Source: Neophaeotheca triangularis (taxonomy: Eukaryota). From it: a stretch of 64,000 bases of DNA. The notes beneath the pieces were generated by a model that did no database searches, was not told the DNA's origin, and saw nothing but the letters and a program-made list of their open reading frames with translations. The position numbers and the translations under genes are program-made. Below are positions 1-12,035 of the stretch, in pieces (within the stretch, counting starts at the first letter, position 1; each line of letters begins with the position of its first letter). The stretch covers positions 1 through 64,000 of the forward strand of contig BAAIJX010000051.1 of the NCBI GenBank assembly GCA_054600435.1, read 5' to 3'.

Positions 1-117
1 TCCCATCAACAACCACCGCCGTCACTCACTTATTTGCCAAAACGGAAAACCACCACTCCTATCAACCACAATGGCAACAGACACCATGGCAACAGACCCC
101 ACCAACGGCGCCGCCTC

Positions 118-122
118 TCCCG

Positions 123-153
<31 letters not shown>

Positions 154-188
154 CCCCCCGCCCCCCCCCCCCCCCCCCCCTTTTTTTT
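118..188. repeat. poly-C tract (about 60 nt, few G interruptions) followed by T8
   Basis: Seen directly; it generates the poly-Pro and poly-Gly ORFs in the track. Confidence 0.9.
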
Positions 189-279
189 CCCCTTCGCTGG
201 AGATGCTTAACTTTACTCTGATCGGCGCACCTGCTACGCTGCGCTCGCTCAGGGGCGAATGCTCTCTGTCTATCCGTCC

Positions 280-530
280 ACCAGTCCCCCAGTCCATCAA
301 TCCCTCAGTCCACCAGTCCCTCAGTCCCTCAGTCCCTCAGTCCCTCAATCCACCAGTCTACCAACCAACCCCACCAACCCCACCAACCCCACCAACCCCA
401 TCCCGCCCACCCCCCTCACCTCCAACCACCGCTTCCCGGCCTCTCCCGTCCCCTCCCATCCCCTTCCATCCCCTCCTATCCCATCCCATCCCATCCCATC
501 CCATCACCACCCTCTCTCTCCCCATCCCAC
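280..530. repeat. low-complexity simple repeats (CAGTCCCT)n, (ACCCCACCA)n, (CCCAT)n
   Basis: Tandem units visible at about 280-346, 361-400 and 455-505. Confidence 0.8.
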
Positions 531-774
531 ACCTTTCCCAGCACGCGGAAGCAATCGCCGACACCCTTCGCCACCACACCCCAGTCGTCCCCCCATGCGT
601 CCTCCATCACGTGCACTTGTACTCCCACAACCGCGGATCCAGAGCCGCTGCTGGCGGGGAGGTCGCTGGTTTTGACGAGGAAGCCCCAGGGGGGGAACAG
701 GGTTCGATGCGATTCCTCGGGGGGTTTAGGGGGTGGGGCTTGTGTGGGTGGCTGGCTGGCTGGGTAACTTATAC

Positions 775-826
<52 letters not shown>
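775..826. repeat. (TTG)n/(CAA)n microsatellite, about 17 units
   Basis: Seen directly. Confidence 0.95.
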
Positions 827-1293
827 GGGTTTGCGCTCGTGGGCGGATGGGTTGGTTGGAGAGGGGATTTGGAGTTGCGATGGCTGGGTTTGTTTTGTCT
901 TTTACGCTTTGGGTGGCGTTGCTGTGGGGTGGTGGGTGGTGGGTGGTGGATGTTGGGTGGGGAGTGGGGAGTGGAGATTAGAGATTGGAGACTTGGTGTG
1001 CGGGAGGATGCGGGGGGATGCAGGGGGTTGTGTGCATATATATGTATTAGGTATATATATATATATAGAGGTGAGTGTGTTGGGGAGGTCTTGTACATCG
1101 CGGGCGGGATGCGATGGGTACGGGGCTGTCTTTGGGGGGATGGTTGTATTGGAAGGGGGGTATAGGATCCTAGCTCGGTTCTTTTCAAAACCAAAACGCA
1201 AGAGGCAGGGCAAGGACGCGGAGACGGCGAGTGTTTTCGTCAAAACGGGCTCTTCAACCCTAGATGGTAATGAATGATGCGTTCAACCCCCAT

Positions 1294-2202
1294 CTACTCC
1301 TTCACCCAAGCATCCATCCACCTCACCGCCTGGAAAAAAGCACTCTCCTGCGCAAGCGCGAGCACCTCGTCGCTCAAATCCGTCTCGACGGCAAACCCAT
1401 GCTCGGCCTCGGCATACAGCGCCAGCTCAAAAACCTTGCCGCCCTCGACAAAAACATCCTCGGCGACCCTCCGCTCCGTCGCCGGAACCAGCGAGTCCCG
1501 AGCCCCGTAGGCGACGCTAATGGGCTTGCCGACGGCCTCCCACTGCGCCTCGGTCGCGCCTGTAGGGTGCGCCGTGAAGCCCGCGAGCACGAAGCCGTCG
1601 CTTTCCAGCAGCTCGGCGGCGTAGGGGCCACCGAAACAGTAGCCCGCAGCGCCGACGCGCTCGAGGCCCAGAGTGGTGCGCATGGTTGTTAGGGTTGAGT
1701 TGATGATGGCGCGGACTTGGGCCGGGGGGTGGTTTTCGCGCCAGGCGTCGAGGGAGAAGTCTGGGTCGGCGAGGGCGCCGTCAGGGACTGGGTCGCCGTT
1801 GAAGAGGTCGGGGACGACTACTAGGTAGCCTGCTGCGGCGAGGCTGTCGGCGAGGAGTTTGTTGTTCGGGACGCCGAGGCCGTAGATGTCGGAGAGGTAG
1901 AGGATTGCGGCCGAGGAGCTCTTCTTGCCCCGGCCGGGTGGGTTGGTGATGTAGAGGGTTTCTGGTGGAAGAGGTGTTAAGTGTTATGCTTCTTAAGGGG
2001 GTACTTGGAGGGATGACAATGTACCTCCGTCGTATTCCTTGACATAGCCTCTGGGCTCTTCGTCGTGGATGACGCCGTGCAAGCCACAGGTTTGGGCTTT
2101 CGGTTTGCTTATACCGTGGCCGGGGGCTTTGCTCCAACCGGGCGGAGCGGCGATGGCGCCAGCGCAAAAGATCACAGCGGCTGCGAGGACGGAGAGCTTC
2201 AT
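1294..2202 (-). CDS. dienelactone hydrolase family alpha/beta hydrolase with predicted signal peptide; exons 2202-2025 and 1961-1294
   Basis: Intron 2024-1962 (GTACAT...TTAAC...CAG) restores the frame. Motifs ILYLSDIYG, VVVPDLFNGDP, nucleophile GYCFGG, AHP and HGFAV. Hydrophobic N-terminus MKLSVLAAAVIFCAGAIA. Confidence 0.9.
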
Positions 2203-3077
2203 CTTGTCTACGAGGAAGAGATGGGAATCGACGATGAAGAGGGAGAATAAATTGGTAGCAACGAACGATGGGCTCCGGCCTCTTGATATAATATACCTAC
2301 CTACGTGTGCACGGTTGGTCGGTTAGAGGTGGCGCGGGCAATGGTTCGGTGCGGTGGGTGGGTTGGCGGGGCCTGCGGTAGCAACTTGGATTGGAAGGCT
2401 TGTGTCGATGATGGCGCGAATGTCATGGCCGAAGATTCGAGGCTTGAGGCGTCTCAGCATGGGGCGAGCTTTACTTGGCTCACTTGGCCTAGCTGGGCGA
2501 GTGAGGACCTCGGGGTGGTACAGGACTGTTTACTGAGGTCTGAGACATGTCCACGGGGTTTATGACCTGGAAATTGATGACATGACAACAGGTGTGCGGG
2601 GGTTTAATGTGCACTGTGCTGGTATATCAGTACTAGCACGTGCGAGGCGTGAGGTGGGAAGAGTGAGGTGAGGTGAAGCAAGGTGGAGCAAGGTGCTGAC
2701 TGCCGTGCCCAGACTACTATACCTTAGGGTACAACCCTTGCGAAAGTTTGGTAAGATTCCATAACTTCACTTATGCGACTGCTCCCTCAATTCATCGAGA
2801 GTATTACGAACATAAGGTCCACGGGTATACCTTGACTATCTGCATAACTTCTCCGTCTGACACTAAGTCGGCACTTAATGTATTGACTCAGTAGTGCCCT
2901 TGGCAGCTTTCCTTCAAATACTGTACCAGACAAGCGAGCAAACAAGCAAAAGATTCATTCACGAGCAGACAGACCGTCATATATCTTCGATCTAAGACGA
3001 GCCAGCGAGCTCAAGAGCAACAAGCTTACCTTACTCGCCCGCAGCATCTACAGAGCGCAGCTTTCCGCGGAGAACAG

Positions 3078-4641
3078 CTATCGCTTCAACCTCGCTTCCA
3101 CAATGCTCTGTGCGCCCACGGCAAAAGGCCAGACCTTTAACAATTCCAAGCCAGCCGCGGCAAAAAGCTCCTCAAACTGTTTCTGCGTCTTCTCCTTCCT
3201 GGTGTACAAGTTAGAGAAAAGAGACTTTTGCACAAAGCCGGGCGGGAATTTCAAACTCACCCTGTTAACATCATCATGGATAGGTCCTACATGCAGAAGG
3301 CGCGGAAGTCAGCGATTGTTTAGTGCGGAGAGTGAGCAATGTTCTCACCATCCAGTAAATCATAAAGTCATCACCGACTTTCGCTCTGTCGGGAACGACA
3401 AAGTCTCCAACTAGCAGGCGAGACGTCGGACCCATGGCGGAAGCGACGTTCTTGAGAATTTCTACACAAGGTTCCTCGTAGAAGTCGTGCAGGATCCGTC
3501 GAAGAAGGTAGAGATGGGCGTCTATTTCGGGATTAGATATCGTTAGAATTGAAAGGAGACACGTGGAGAAGCTCACTCTTCACGGGCTGCGGCGTGAAGA
3601 AGTCGTGTTCCATCTTCTTCACCCCAGGTATACTCTCGTCCGGGATTGCAGCAAGCACATCGGGGCGGTCCTGCAAGATGCATTCCGCGCCAAACCCCCC
3701 GGGAGCTTCTTCCATAATCGACATGAGCACTTTACCCATGCCAGCGCCGATGTCGACGATGAAGGGTCGCTCGGGCTCAGCTTCCACTTGCGCCTTCATC
3801 GAGTCGAAGGGGAACATGCCTCGCACCGGCATCTCGGAATCCATCTGTACGAGCGTCTGGTTGAACGCCTCGAACCGCTCCGGGTCGGCGGAGATGACCT
3901 CGTAGTACGTCTTTCCCTCCAAACCATGAGCAAAACCGTAAGGGTTCTTCGTCCGGTCTAGGATGTCCTCCCGCGAGTGCGTTTTGAAGTAGCGGTCGAT
4001 CTGTTTGAAAGCAAAGTCCTGGTCCAAGCTAGAGCAGTGGTGTCAATGTCATTGCTCGCGCGTCTCGGTGTGGCGTGGCGTGGGATGGGCGCGCTTACAG
4101 CATCTTGAAGAAGTACTTGCTCGTGCCCGTGACGTAGACGAGCGACTTTGAGTTGTGGCGATACACGTTCGGCTCGACCTCTTCGGCGATGCCTTGAGCG
4201 CAGATGACTCGCATCGCACGCTCTGCGTTGCAATCAGCATCGACGCCACATTTGGGGTTTGAAGAGGGCTACATACGAACAACAGACTCCTCCAGGTCGA
4301 CAGCTGCCGCAAGCTGCTTCGAAGTCGCCGTCCCTTCTTGCGGGATATTCTGCAGAATCCCCGTGCTTGTCACAATATTCAGCGCGGCCGTGAGATGGAC
4401 CTGATTGAGTCGAAGCGATTAGGTACCGTCACGCCTAGTGTATAGAAGAGCAGTCGCTGTAGTCGTGTACCTGATCCCACTGGCGCATGATTGTCCCAAA
4501 GCCATCCTCGGCATGGTACCGCAAGTTGTCGGCCTGCTTGGTGAGAGCCATTCGCTCGAGCGGGTCGCCATCGAACTTCTTCGCGGCTGCCAGGAATTTC
4601 TCCGCCGCCTCGACGAGGGCGCTGTTGGTGTCTTGGGCCAT
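3078..4641 (-). CDS. SAM-dependent O-methyltransferase (Methyltransf_2, fungal secondary-metabolite type), 7 exons
   Basis: Introns 4470-4401, 4276-4223, 4098-4029, 3576-3522, 3348-3287 and 3260-3199 are all GT-AG and frame-consistent. Motifs IVDIGAGMG, ILQDRP, MEHDFFTPQPV, YLLRRILHDF and DLSMMMLTGKEKT. Confidence 0.92.
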
Positions 4642-5162
4642 TGTTTCTTCGAGGTATGGAGTACCCGTACTCTTCTGAGTTTTGGCGGGGGCGTTTGGAC
4701 GTTTGACGGGTGCAGTATTTCACGTGGGTATTTCGCCAGGTTATCAAGGTGAAGTTGGCAGAGATGACGACTCTTCGGGAACGGCAGGGATGATTTAATT
4801 CGCAATTTACCTTATGCCCGCCCGTGCCATGATCTCAGCGAGGGCACTAGGACGTACTACTGATAATGAACTACCGGTGAACTACTGTGGATTAATGCTC
4901 GCGTATGCACAGTTGATTGCGAGGATGCATATCGCTGGCTCGCGTCAATGCAGGAAAGGCCGTCGGCAAGCACGCCGACGTGGGGCACGGGGAGAACTCC
5001 ACTGGATGGGGAGCGATTATTGGGGGGTGGAAGGATTCCTTGATTCCCCCAACAGGCTGCTGGCTGCCCCTCGAGGACTAAAGGGCGCATATTTATTTTC
5101 TTTCCCCGGCTGCCCTCATGTTGGCATCACATACTTGTTGCGAAAATTGATGCTGCTGTAAA

Positions 5163-6359
5163 ATGGCCGAGAACGCTTCTCCCGGACCTGCTGGCTCTGT
5201 TCAGCCCGTAGGCGAAGTGATCGCCGCGGATGAGGAAAATGAGCTTCTTGACGAGGTATGTGGTTGTTTTGTCCTCGGGTTTGTGACTCGCACTAAAGGA
5301 CTATACAGGGCTATGATACCTCGGATCGAAGCTCATTGACGAGTGTCGCATCGGCAATTCGCAAGGGCGTGGTGGAAAATGGACGAGTCTATGCCGTCTA
5401 CGGCAAAGGGGGCGAGTGGCACATTGACGAGTCTAAAAGGGCTACTTTGGGCTAACTTAAAAAAATCCAGAATATGGCATGCCGCAAGACGAAAAGGAGC
5501 TGGAGCGCACCGACATGTCGCACGCCAAGTACTTCCTCCTCTTGAACGACCGTCGCTTTCTCGCACCCATCACATCCGAGCCCACGGACATCCTGGACTT
5601 GGGCACGGGCTCCGGCATTTGGAGCATCGACGTGAGCGAAGATTATCCTGAAGCTTCAGTAAAAGGCGTGGATCTCGCTCCCACGCAGCCTACCTTTGTG
5701 CCCCCGAACTGTAGCTTCGAGGTCGACGACGTGGAAGAGGAATGGACGTTTCGCGAGGAGTCTTTCGACTTCATCTTCGCTCGCGACCTGATCTTCGCCA
5801 TCCGAGATTGGCCGAAACTCATCAGACAGTCCTTTGACCATCTGAAGCCCGGCGGCTGGGTGGAGTTCGAGTCCATCTACGGCGTTTTGGGTTGCGATGA
5901 TGGTTCTCTCCCCGCAGACGGCAGTTTCCACAAATTCGACAAGCTCGTGCAAGAAGCCGCCATTGCATTCGGGACTCCCCTGACCGACCCCGGCAAGTGG
6001 AAGGAGCAGCTCGAGGCCGCCGGGTTTGTGAATGTCACGCAAAAAATCTTCAAGGTCCCCAGCAGTCCCTGGGCAAAGGACAAGAGAATGAAAATGGTCG
6101 GCAAGTTTGAGATGGTGAACTTCCTCGAGGGCTTGGAGGGCATGTGTCTGCGGCTGTTCCAAAAGGGGCTCGGATGGACGCCGGAGGAGACGCACATCTT
6201 GCTCGCGCAGGTTCGGGCGGAGATCAAGAACAAAAGTTACCATCCTTACTATCCTTTGTGAGTGTTGTCCGTCGCCGATGGTTATCGGGGTTTTGGCTGA
6301 GTACTAATGATGTGGGATGCAGTTACGTTGTGTATGCGCAGAAGCCGCCGGCTCCTTGA
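5163..6359 (+). CDS. SAM-dependent methyltransferase, LaeA-like/Methyltransf_23 family, 4 exons
   Basis: Introns 5256-5308, 5412-5470 (GC-AG) and 6258-6322. Motifs VENGRVY, MPQDEKELER, ILDLGTGSGIW, GVDLAP, FEVDD, LKPGGWVE and terminal YVVYAQKP. Confidence 0.92.
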
Positions 6360-6874
6360 GACGAGGAATGAGAAGTGTAGCGCTATTCTGCGTAGTTGAT
6401 GTACATAGAGACGAATTTACGTGGGTTTAGTTGGCGTATATAGGTAAGGTACAATAGTGCTTGACGGAAATGCCATGCCAGGTTGTTTTGTTGGTCGATG
6501 TCCTTGAAGCCCAGAGTCGAGGGTGAGACATTTTGGCTTCGGCCCGTCCAGTACAGCTAATAATATAATAGAAGGTATTCCCCCGCAATGGTCCGAGTGA
6601 GCTCCAGGCGCTGCACTAGGTAGCTAACTGTACCCTACCTACCCTAAGGCACTCTACCCTGACGTCGATTGGCGACGACGAGCCGGGCAACCTTGGAACA
6701 TGTTACATGTCGACGTGGACGTTCTTGTGACCTCAAACCTGATTACTAGGTTACTACCTGTAGCTACCTTGCCGTACTTCTTACTTCCTCGACCATACCA
6801 TCCCATCTAATCCAAAAGACGATACCAATTACAAATCTCTCCCTCTCCCGTCTCTCTATCTACTTCTTTCCACC

Positions 6875-8304
6875 ATGACCGCATCGGCCTCATCCCAAGA
6901 CCTCTCAGCCCTTGAGAAAGACCCCCGCCTTTTCCTCTACACCTCCCTCACTGCCGGAAGCTCCCACATCATCACCGCCACTTCGCGCATGGAAACAATC
7001 CTCAAGGCGAACAAGATCCCCTTTCTCGCAATCGACATAGCCACGGACGAAAAGGCCCGGAGACTATGGCAGCGACGAGCGGGAAAGAGAAAGCTACCAG
7101 GACTAGTAAAAGAGGGTTTCGTGCTGGGGGTAGGTAGGCCGTATCATCTCCGTAACATGTAAGGAACGTGCCAACTGACACGCCCCTTTTTCTCATACAG
7201 GACCTAGATGAAGTCGAAGAATGGAACGAATTTGAAGAGCTCAAGGAGAACATTGGGCCCTGCCCTCCCGTCGGACAAGCTACAAACCTCACCCGCCCTC
7301 CACAACCCGCCGTACCCATCCCAGTGAAACCAACGGCAACCCAAGGCACAACCACCATCTCTAAAACCCCCTCCAAGCCCGAAACAACCCCAGCCAGCGA
7401 CGAAAACACCCCGCGCGCTCTCCCAGGAGCAGGAGAAATCGCAGCCCGCGCACAATCTGAATCCAAACCCACTACCCTCGATTCACCGCCAGCAGTCGAG
7501 AGCATGACTTCCGCCCCGAAAGAGAAAGAAACCAGCATAACAACCGCCGCCGAGACTCTCAAAACCCACGACGCAAGAGAAGACCACCTCTCCGCACCCC
7601 CAAGCGGCGTCCAAACACCCGCAGGCGTCAATCACCTCTCAGCTCCACCCAGCGGCACCCAAACCCCGGCCAAAGCCCGCGAAGCCGGTTTCACTTCCGC
7701 CGCAGCGCAAGTAAGCGCCATCAACAACCTCAAAGCGGAAGAAGGCATCGCACCCACAGCAACAGCAAGAGAAGACCACCTCTCCGCGCCCCCCTCGGGC
7801 GTCCAAACACCGGCTGGAGTCGACCACCTCTCCGCCCCACCTTCCGGCGCGCAAACACCCGCCGAAAACACCCCGTCAACAAGCCAAGCAACTGCAATCA
7901 CAGACTCCAAAACCTCAGACACAGAAGAAAGCCAACCTAGCCCGCAAACTCCCGAAGCCCTCTCCATCCCGCCCAGCGGGACCCAAACCCCGGCCAAAGC
8001 GCGAGAAACCGGCCTCACTTCCGCCGCGGCTCAAGTCAGCGCCGTCAACAATCTCAAAGCCGAGGAAGGCGCGCATAGTTCCGTGCAGCGAGAAGACCAC
8101 CTCTTGGCGCCGCCGAGTGGGGTGCAGACGCCTGCTGAGACGGGTAGTGGCAGTGGTGAGGGGGCGAAGGGGGTTACGCTACCGGATCGGACGGTAGGGT
8201 CTACGGGAGGGAGCGTGGAGGGTGAGCAAACGGGCGCTGGGGCAAAGGTTTCCGCGCAAACGGCGGCTGAGGGAGGGCAGGCGGGGGAGAGTGTGGAGGA
8301 TTGA
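6875..8304 (+). CDS. thioredoxin/SH3BGR-like (Aip5-C-like) domain protein with a repetitive disordered tail
   Basis: Intron 7130-7200 joins LYTSLTAGSSHIITATSRMETILKANKIPF...DIATDEKARRLW...LPGLV to GDLDEVEEWNE, which resembles the glutaredoxin-like domain of yeast Aip5/YFR016C (recalled). Confidence 0.75.
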
Positions 8305-9351
8305 GGTGGGTCGAGTTGAGGGGAGGAGAGTGGTATGCTGCTTTACGGATGAGGGAATCGAGCTCTGCTAGCTGGAGTTCGCTTTCTGTTGGGAGCTTTG
8401 GCCGAGGATGGAGTTTGAGGTGCCAGCGTAGATGCTAACGGAGTTAATTGAGGGAAGAGGAAAGGATGACCTGTGGATGGTTAAATAATCCAGCGTTGCG
8501 ACCATTGGAATCGCTTTTTCCTTTTCGTCCGGGTGCAATGCTCTGGCGTTTACTGCTCGGCATGGCACCGGTATGGTATAGTCCGATGCACTACAGTATA
8601 ATGTGCCACCTTTCGCAAACAACAAAGTCTCATCCCGTCGTCGACACCAGTACTCAGTACTGGACTCTCGCACGTCGTTTCGTGGCCATGCCCTACCCCA
8701 GAGACCGCAACAAGACAGCCTAACAAGAACACAACCTGACCACGGATGTCTTTCCCGCGGTGGCTTTCGCAGAGGAGCCAGCCACAAGCAGCACAATAAG
8801 CGGCCGTCCACAAAACCCCAAATGGCTGGCTGGTTGGCTAGCTTGTTGGCTAGCTAGGTTGGAGAGGGTCTAGAAGCTACCTTACTTTAAGGGGTCGATA
8901 GACAGACAGGCCGCGAGTTTGGAGCGAGAGAGCAGGGGGGAGGAAGGTGATGGGGAGGGGGGGGGGGGAGGTTGATGTGAATACCGTGCGCGCCTGGCCA
9001 GGTGCTCTGGCATCTTCTCCAGTGCGACGCGTTCGAAACCGCTTAGGAGCTCGTTCAAGCTATCCATGTCTGCGCGCCTCGGCACCAGAGTCGAATCAAG
9101 ACTGGCCGACATGGATGTGAAGGTAGTTGTAAGGTGGTGTAATGTAATGTAATGTAATGCAAAAGCCGTGGCGGAAGTGGTGTTTCTCGCCTGGAGCCGG
9201 AAGAAGAAGAAGATGAAGAAGAAGAAGATGAAGAAGAAGAAGGCCCCAGTCCCTCGCTCCACCAGCGCACAAGGCCAGAACAGCAGCTCAAAAAAATAAG
9301 GTACAGCCAGAACACCGGCCCCTTGCCCCAACCGCGCCACGCCACCCGCTC

Positions 9352-11116
9352 TCAAACCGCCTTCTTCGCCGCCTTCCCCTCTCGCCTCCACCAAGCCCAA
9401 CAAGCATCCTTAAACCGCTCCCACCACCAACGATTCAACCAGTAACTCTTCTTCCTAAAACTATACATTTCCCCCCAACAATCCCTCCCCCACTCACACC
9501 CAGCCATATTGACCAGAAAATCCCTCTCGCTCTCCTGATAATGCACACCCCCTACCCCACACTCCCACTTCTCCCCATGCTGATTAGCCAAAACCTCCTG
9601 CTTCGGCGTCAACCAGCGCGACCGCGGCAAATCTGGAGAACTCGGGACGGGGCAGCCGGAAGCGGGAACACCTTGGTCGTCACCGCACGCGCCTTGGGGG
9701 AAAGCGTTGACGAGGCGTTGGGGGATGAAGGCCGTGTTGGGCCGGATCCAGGGCTGCGAGGTGTAAATGTATTCGAGGGCGTCTTGCTCTTTGTGCTCCC
9801 ATTGCATATGGCGCTGTTCGTAGAAGACCGGATCCCACCAGATGTCTAGCAGGCGGTCGGTCCAGGGGGAGCGTTTGACGAAGAAGCTGCCGAGGTTGAA
9901 GCCTGAGCAGTCCTGGGGGATTAGCAGGTTGATGGAAGCGGGGTTGTTGTCGCCAGACGGGGAGGAGGTGAGCGGGTCGAGGTAGTTGAGGTAGGGGCTG
10001 TTTGGGCTGCTGGTGCCGTTGGCTGGGTGTGCGATTTTTAGCGGGTTATAGAGATTGATGTCGCGGTAGGTGACGGTTGGGAGGGTGCTGAAGATGTGGG
10101 TTTGGAGGGACTGCGAGGGCTCCATTATGAAGGTGTTTAGGTCGAGCCACCAGAACCTGCGATAGGGGTTAGCTCGAGGTTGGAGGGTTTGGGGTCTGCG
10201 GAAGCTGTTTGGAGGAGTTGTGGTTGCTGTGGATGATACTCACCATTCGGCATCCGGGTACTTTCTCATGGCATTGCGAATCGTATCCACCTTCTCCCAG
10301 CTCTCCCTCCATTCGTGCGCGTACCGCTTTTTCGTGCTCATATCGACAATCTCCAACTCATACCCCCATTCCGCCGCGTATTTCTTCTTGTTCCTAACAC
10401 TATCCCTCTCAATCGCCCACTCGCGAGGACCTTTCCACTCCATAACTCCACCACCCTGGTTCGCCGCGAGAATGAGCACGTATTTGGAGCCGCCGCCCAG
10501 CCAACTCGTTCGCCTGTAAGTGTATCGTAAAGCTGCGCGCAAACAAGTCTCGTTAGCCAATGTCCCACGCTCCTCCAAGGCAAATTAAAACTTGTAGCTT
10601 ACGTTCGCGAAACCACATCAAAACTGCCACCAAAAACATCACAAACAGCGCCAGATATCTCCGCCGTCTACTCGCCAGCAGCCCAAACCTCCCCAGTACA
10701 CCTCTCACCCAGCCCCCAATTCCACCGCCACTCCTCCAACTCCGCCCCCGTTGCAACTTCTCCTTCTCCGCAAAACTCCTTCCTCTTACCCTACTTCCTC
10801 CCCCAACCTCAGCCCCACTCGCGCCAAAATCAAAATACGGCAAACTCTGGCTGATCTTCCTGACATGACGATTAAAGAAGCCCTGATTCTGACTCTGAAA
10901 GCTGGGATACCCTTGCACGCGAGCGCTGTTCGCTTTCGCCGAAGCCCAAGTCACATTATTGTTGCCAGCATTGCCGCTGCCGCCGTTGAGGTCGCCGTAG
11001 TTCTTGCCGGGACTGACGCTCCGGCCGTTGGTGTTGGTGTTGGTGTAAGGGGTCGTGAGACCCGGCGAGGCCCAGCCGCCTTCGCGTCGCGGTGAGGGCG
11101 AGCGGTCGAGCGACAT
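9352..11116 (-). CDS. MNN10: alpha-1,6-mannosyltransferase subunit, GT34 (GMA12/MNN10 family), 3 exons
   Basis: Start MSLSRSPSP-type N-terminus (MSLDRSPSPRREGGWASPGL) and one TM segment. Introns 10602-10533 and 10243-10157. Motifs ILAANQGGGV, HEWRESWEKVD, WWLDLNT, QDCSGFNLGSFF, EHKEQDALE and NMAGCEWGRDCW. Confidence 0.92.
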
Positions 11117-11994
11117 GGGTTGGTAGTTCGGATGGGACGCTGCTGTTGCGGCGAGGCTGCTGGTTCTGCTCCCGCCGAAGCGGTCGCGGCCGGTTGTGGC
11201 GTATGCGTTGCGGCCTCTGGCTTGCGCGTCTTCGTCTTCGTCCTCTTCGATGAAGGCGCTGGTCGAGAGGCTGGAGGGTTTGCTCGGGGAGTGAGAGGTT
11301 CTGCGCCCTAGGGAGTTGTGGGTGTTGGTGGTGGTGGTGGTGCTGTTGGGTGGTGGTTGGTCATGGAAACCTCTGCTTGTGCGGCGGCGGTGGTGCGAGG
11401 ATGAGGTGTGGACCTCTGCGGCGCCCGGATGAGCCACCTTTCCGATGGGTGCGATGGAGTGTGTTGGGTAGGTAGGTAGGTGTATGTGGTGGATATAGTG
11501 CAATGGCGTATTCGGGATGAGATGCGATACGGTGTGGTCGGAGCTAGCTGAGGTGAGAGCCGATGCGAGGCGGGAAAGGTGGAGGGAAGATGGCAGGGGC
11601 AGGTACAGGAGTCAAGGTAGATAAGGTACCTTGGGTAAGTGCAGAACTATCCAGTCACGTGTGTTGTTCAAGTCGAGAGTTTGAGGAGGCTGCAAGGGAT
11701 GGAGGAAATTATTGGAAAGGAAAAGAGATGTTCAATCTCTATTGTTGTGCTTGTGCTTGTCCAATCCAAGATGCAGAGTATAAAAGGTAAGGTAACCTCT
11801 AGTTGGTATAGAGAGAGAGAGACCCTGGCTCCTTAAGCTACAGTACATACTCATACAGTACCTCCGCTAGCTAACGTATGCATGTACACTCTGACTACCA
11901 GGTACCTAGCCTACTAGAGGTACATGTAGTAAAAGGTCGTAGCTAATAGGCTATCTCTACAGTAGTTTCTTTGCATACAACAACCAAATGCCAT

Positions 11995-12027
<33 letters not shown>

Positions 12028-12035
12028 TAGCAACA
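11995..12035. repeat. (CAACAG)n microsatellite
   Basis: Seen directly. Confidence 0.8.

Noticed and set aside
71..1165. 364-aa ORF with poly-Pro and poly-Cys
   Set aside because: Built from homopolymer and microsatellite tracts; no coherent protein signal across its length.
8882..9403. 173-aa minus ORF and overlapping ORFs downstream of MNN10
   Set aside because: Low-complexity (GAA)n and (TAATG)n 3' region; translations are poly-F or poly-S artefacts.
11117..11503. In-frame N-terminal extension of MNN10 from an upstream start
   Set aside because: The family-typical N-terminus begins at MSLDRSPSP (11116) and the upstream start is not an ATG; treated as leader sequence.
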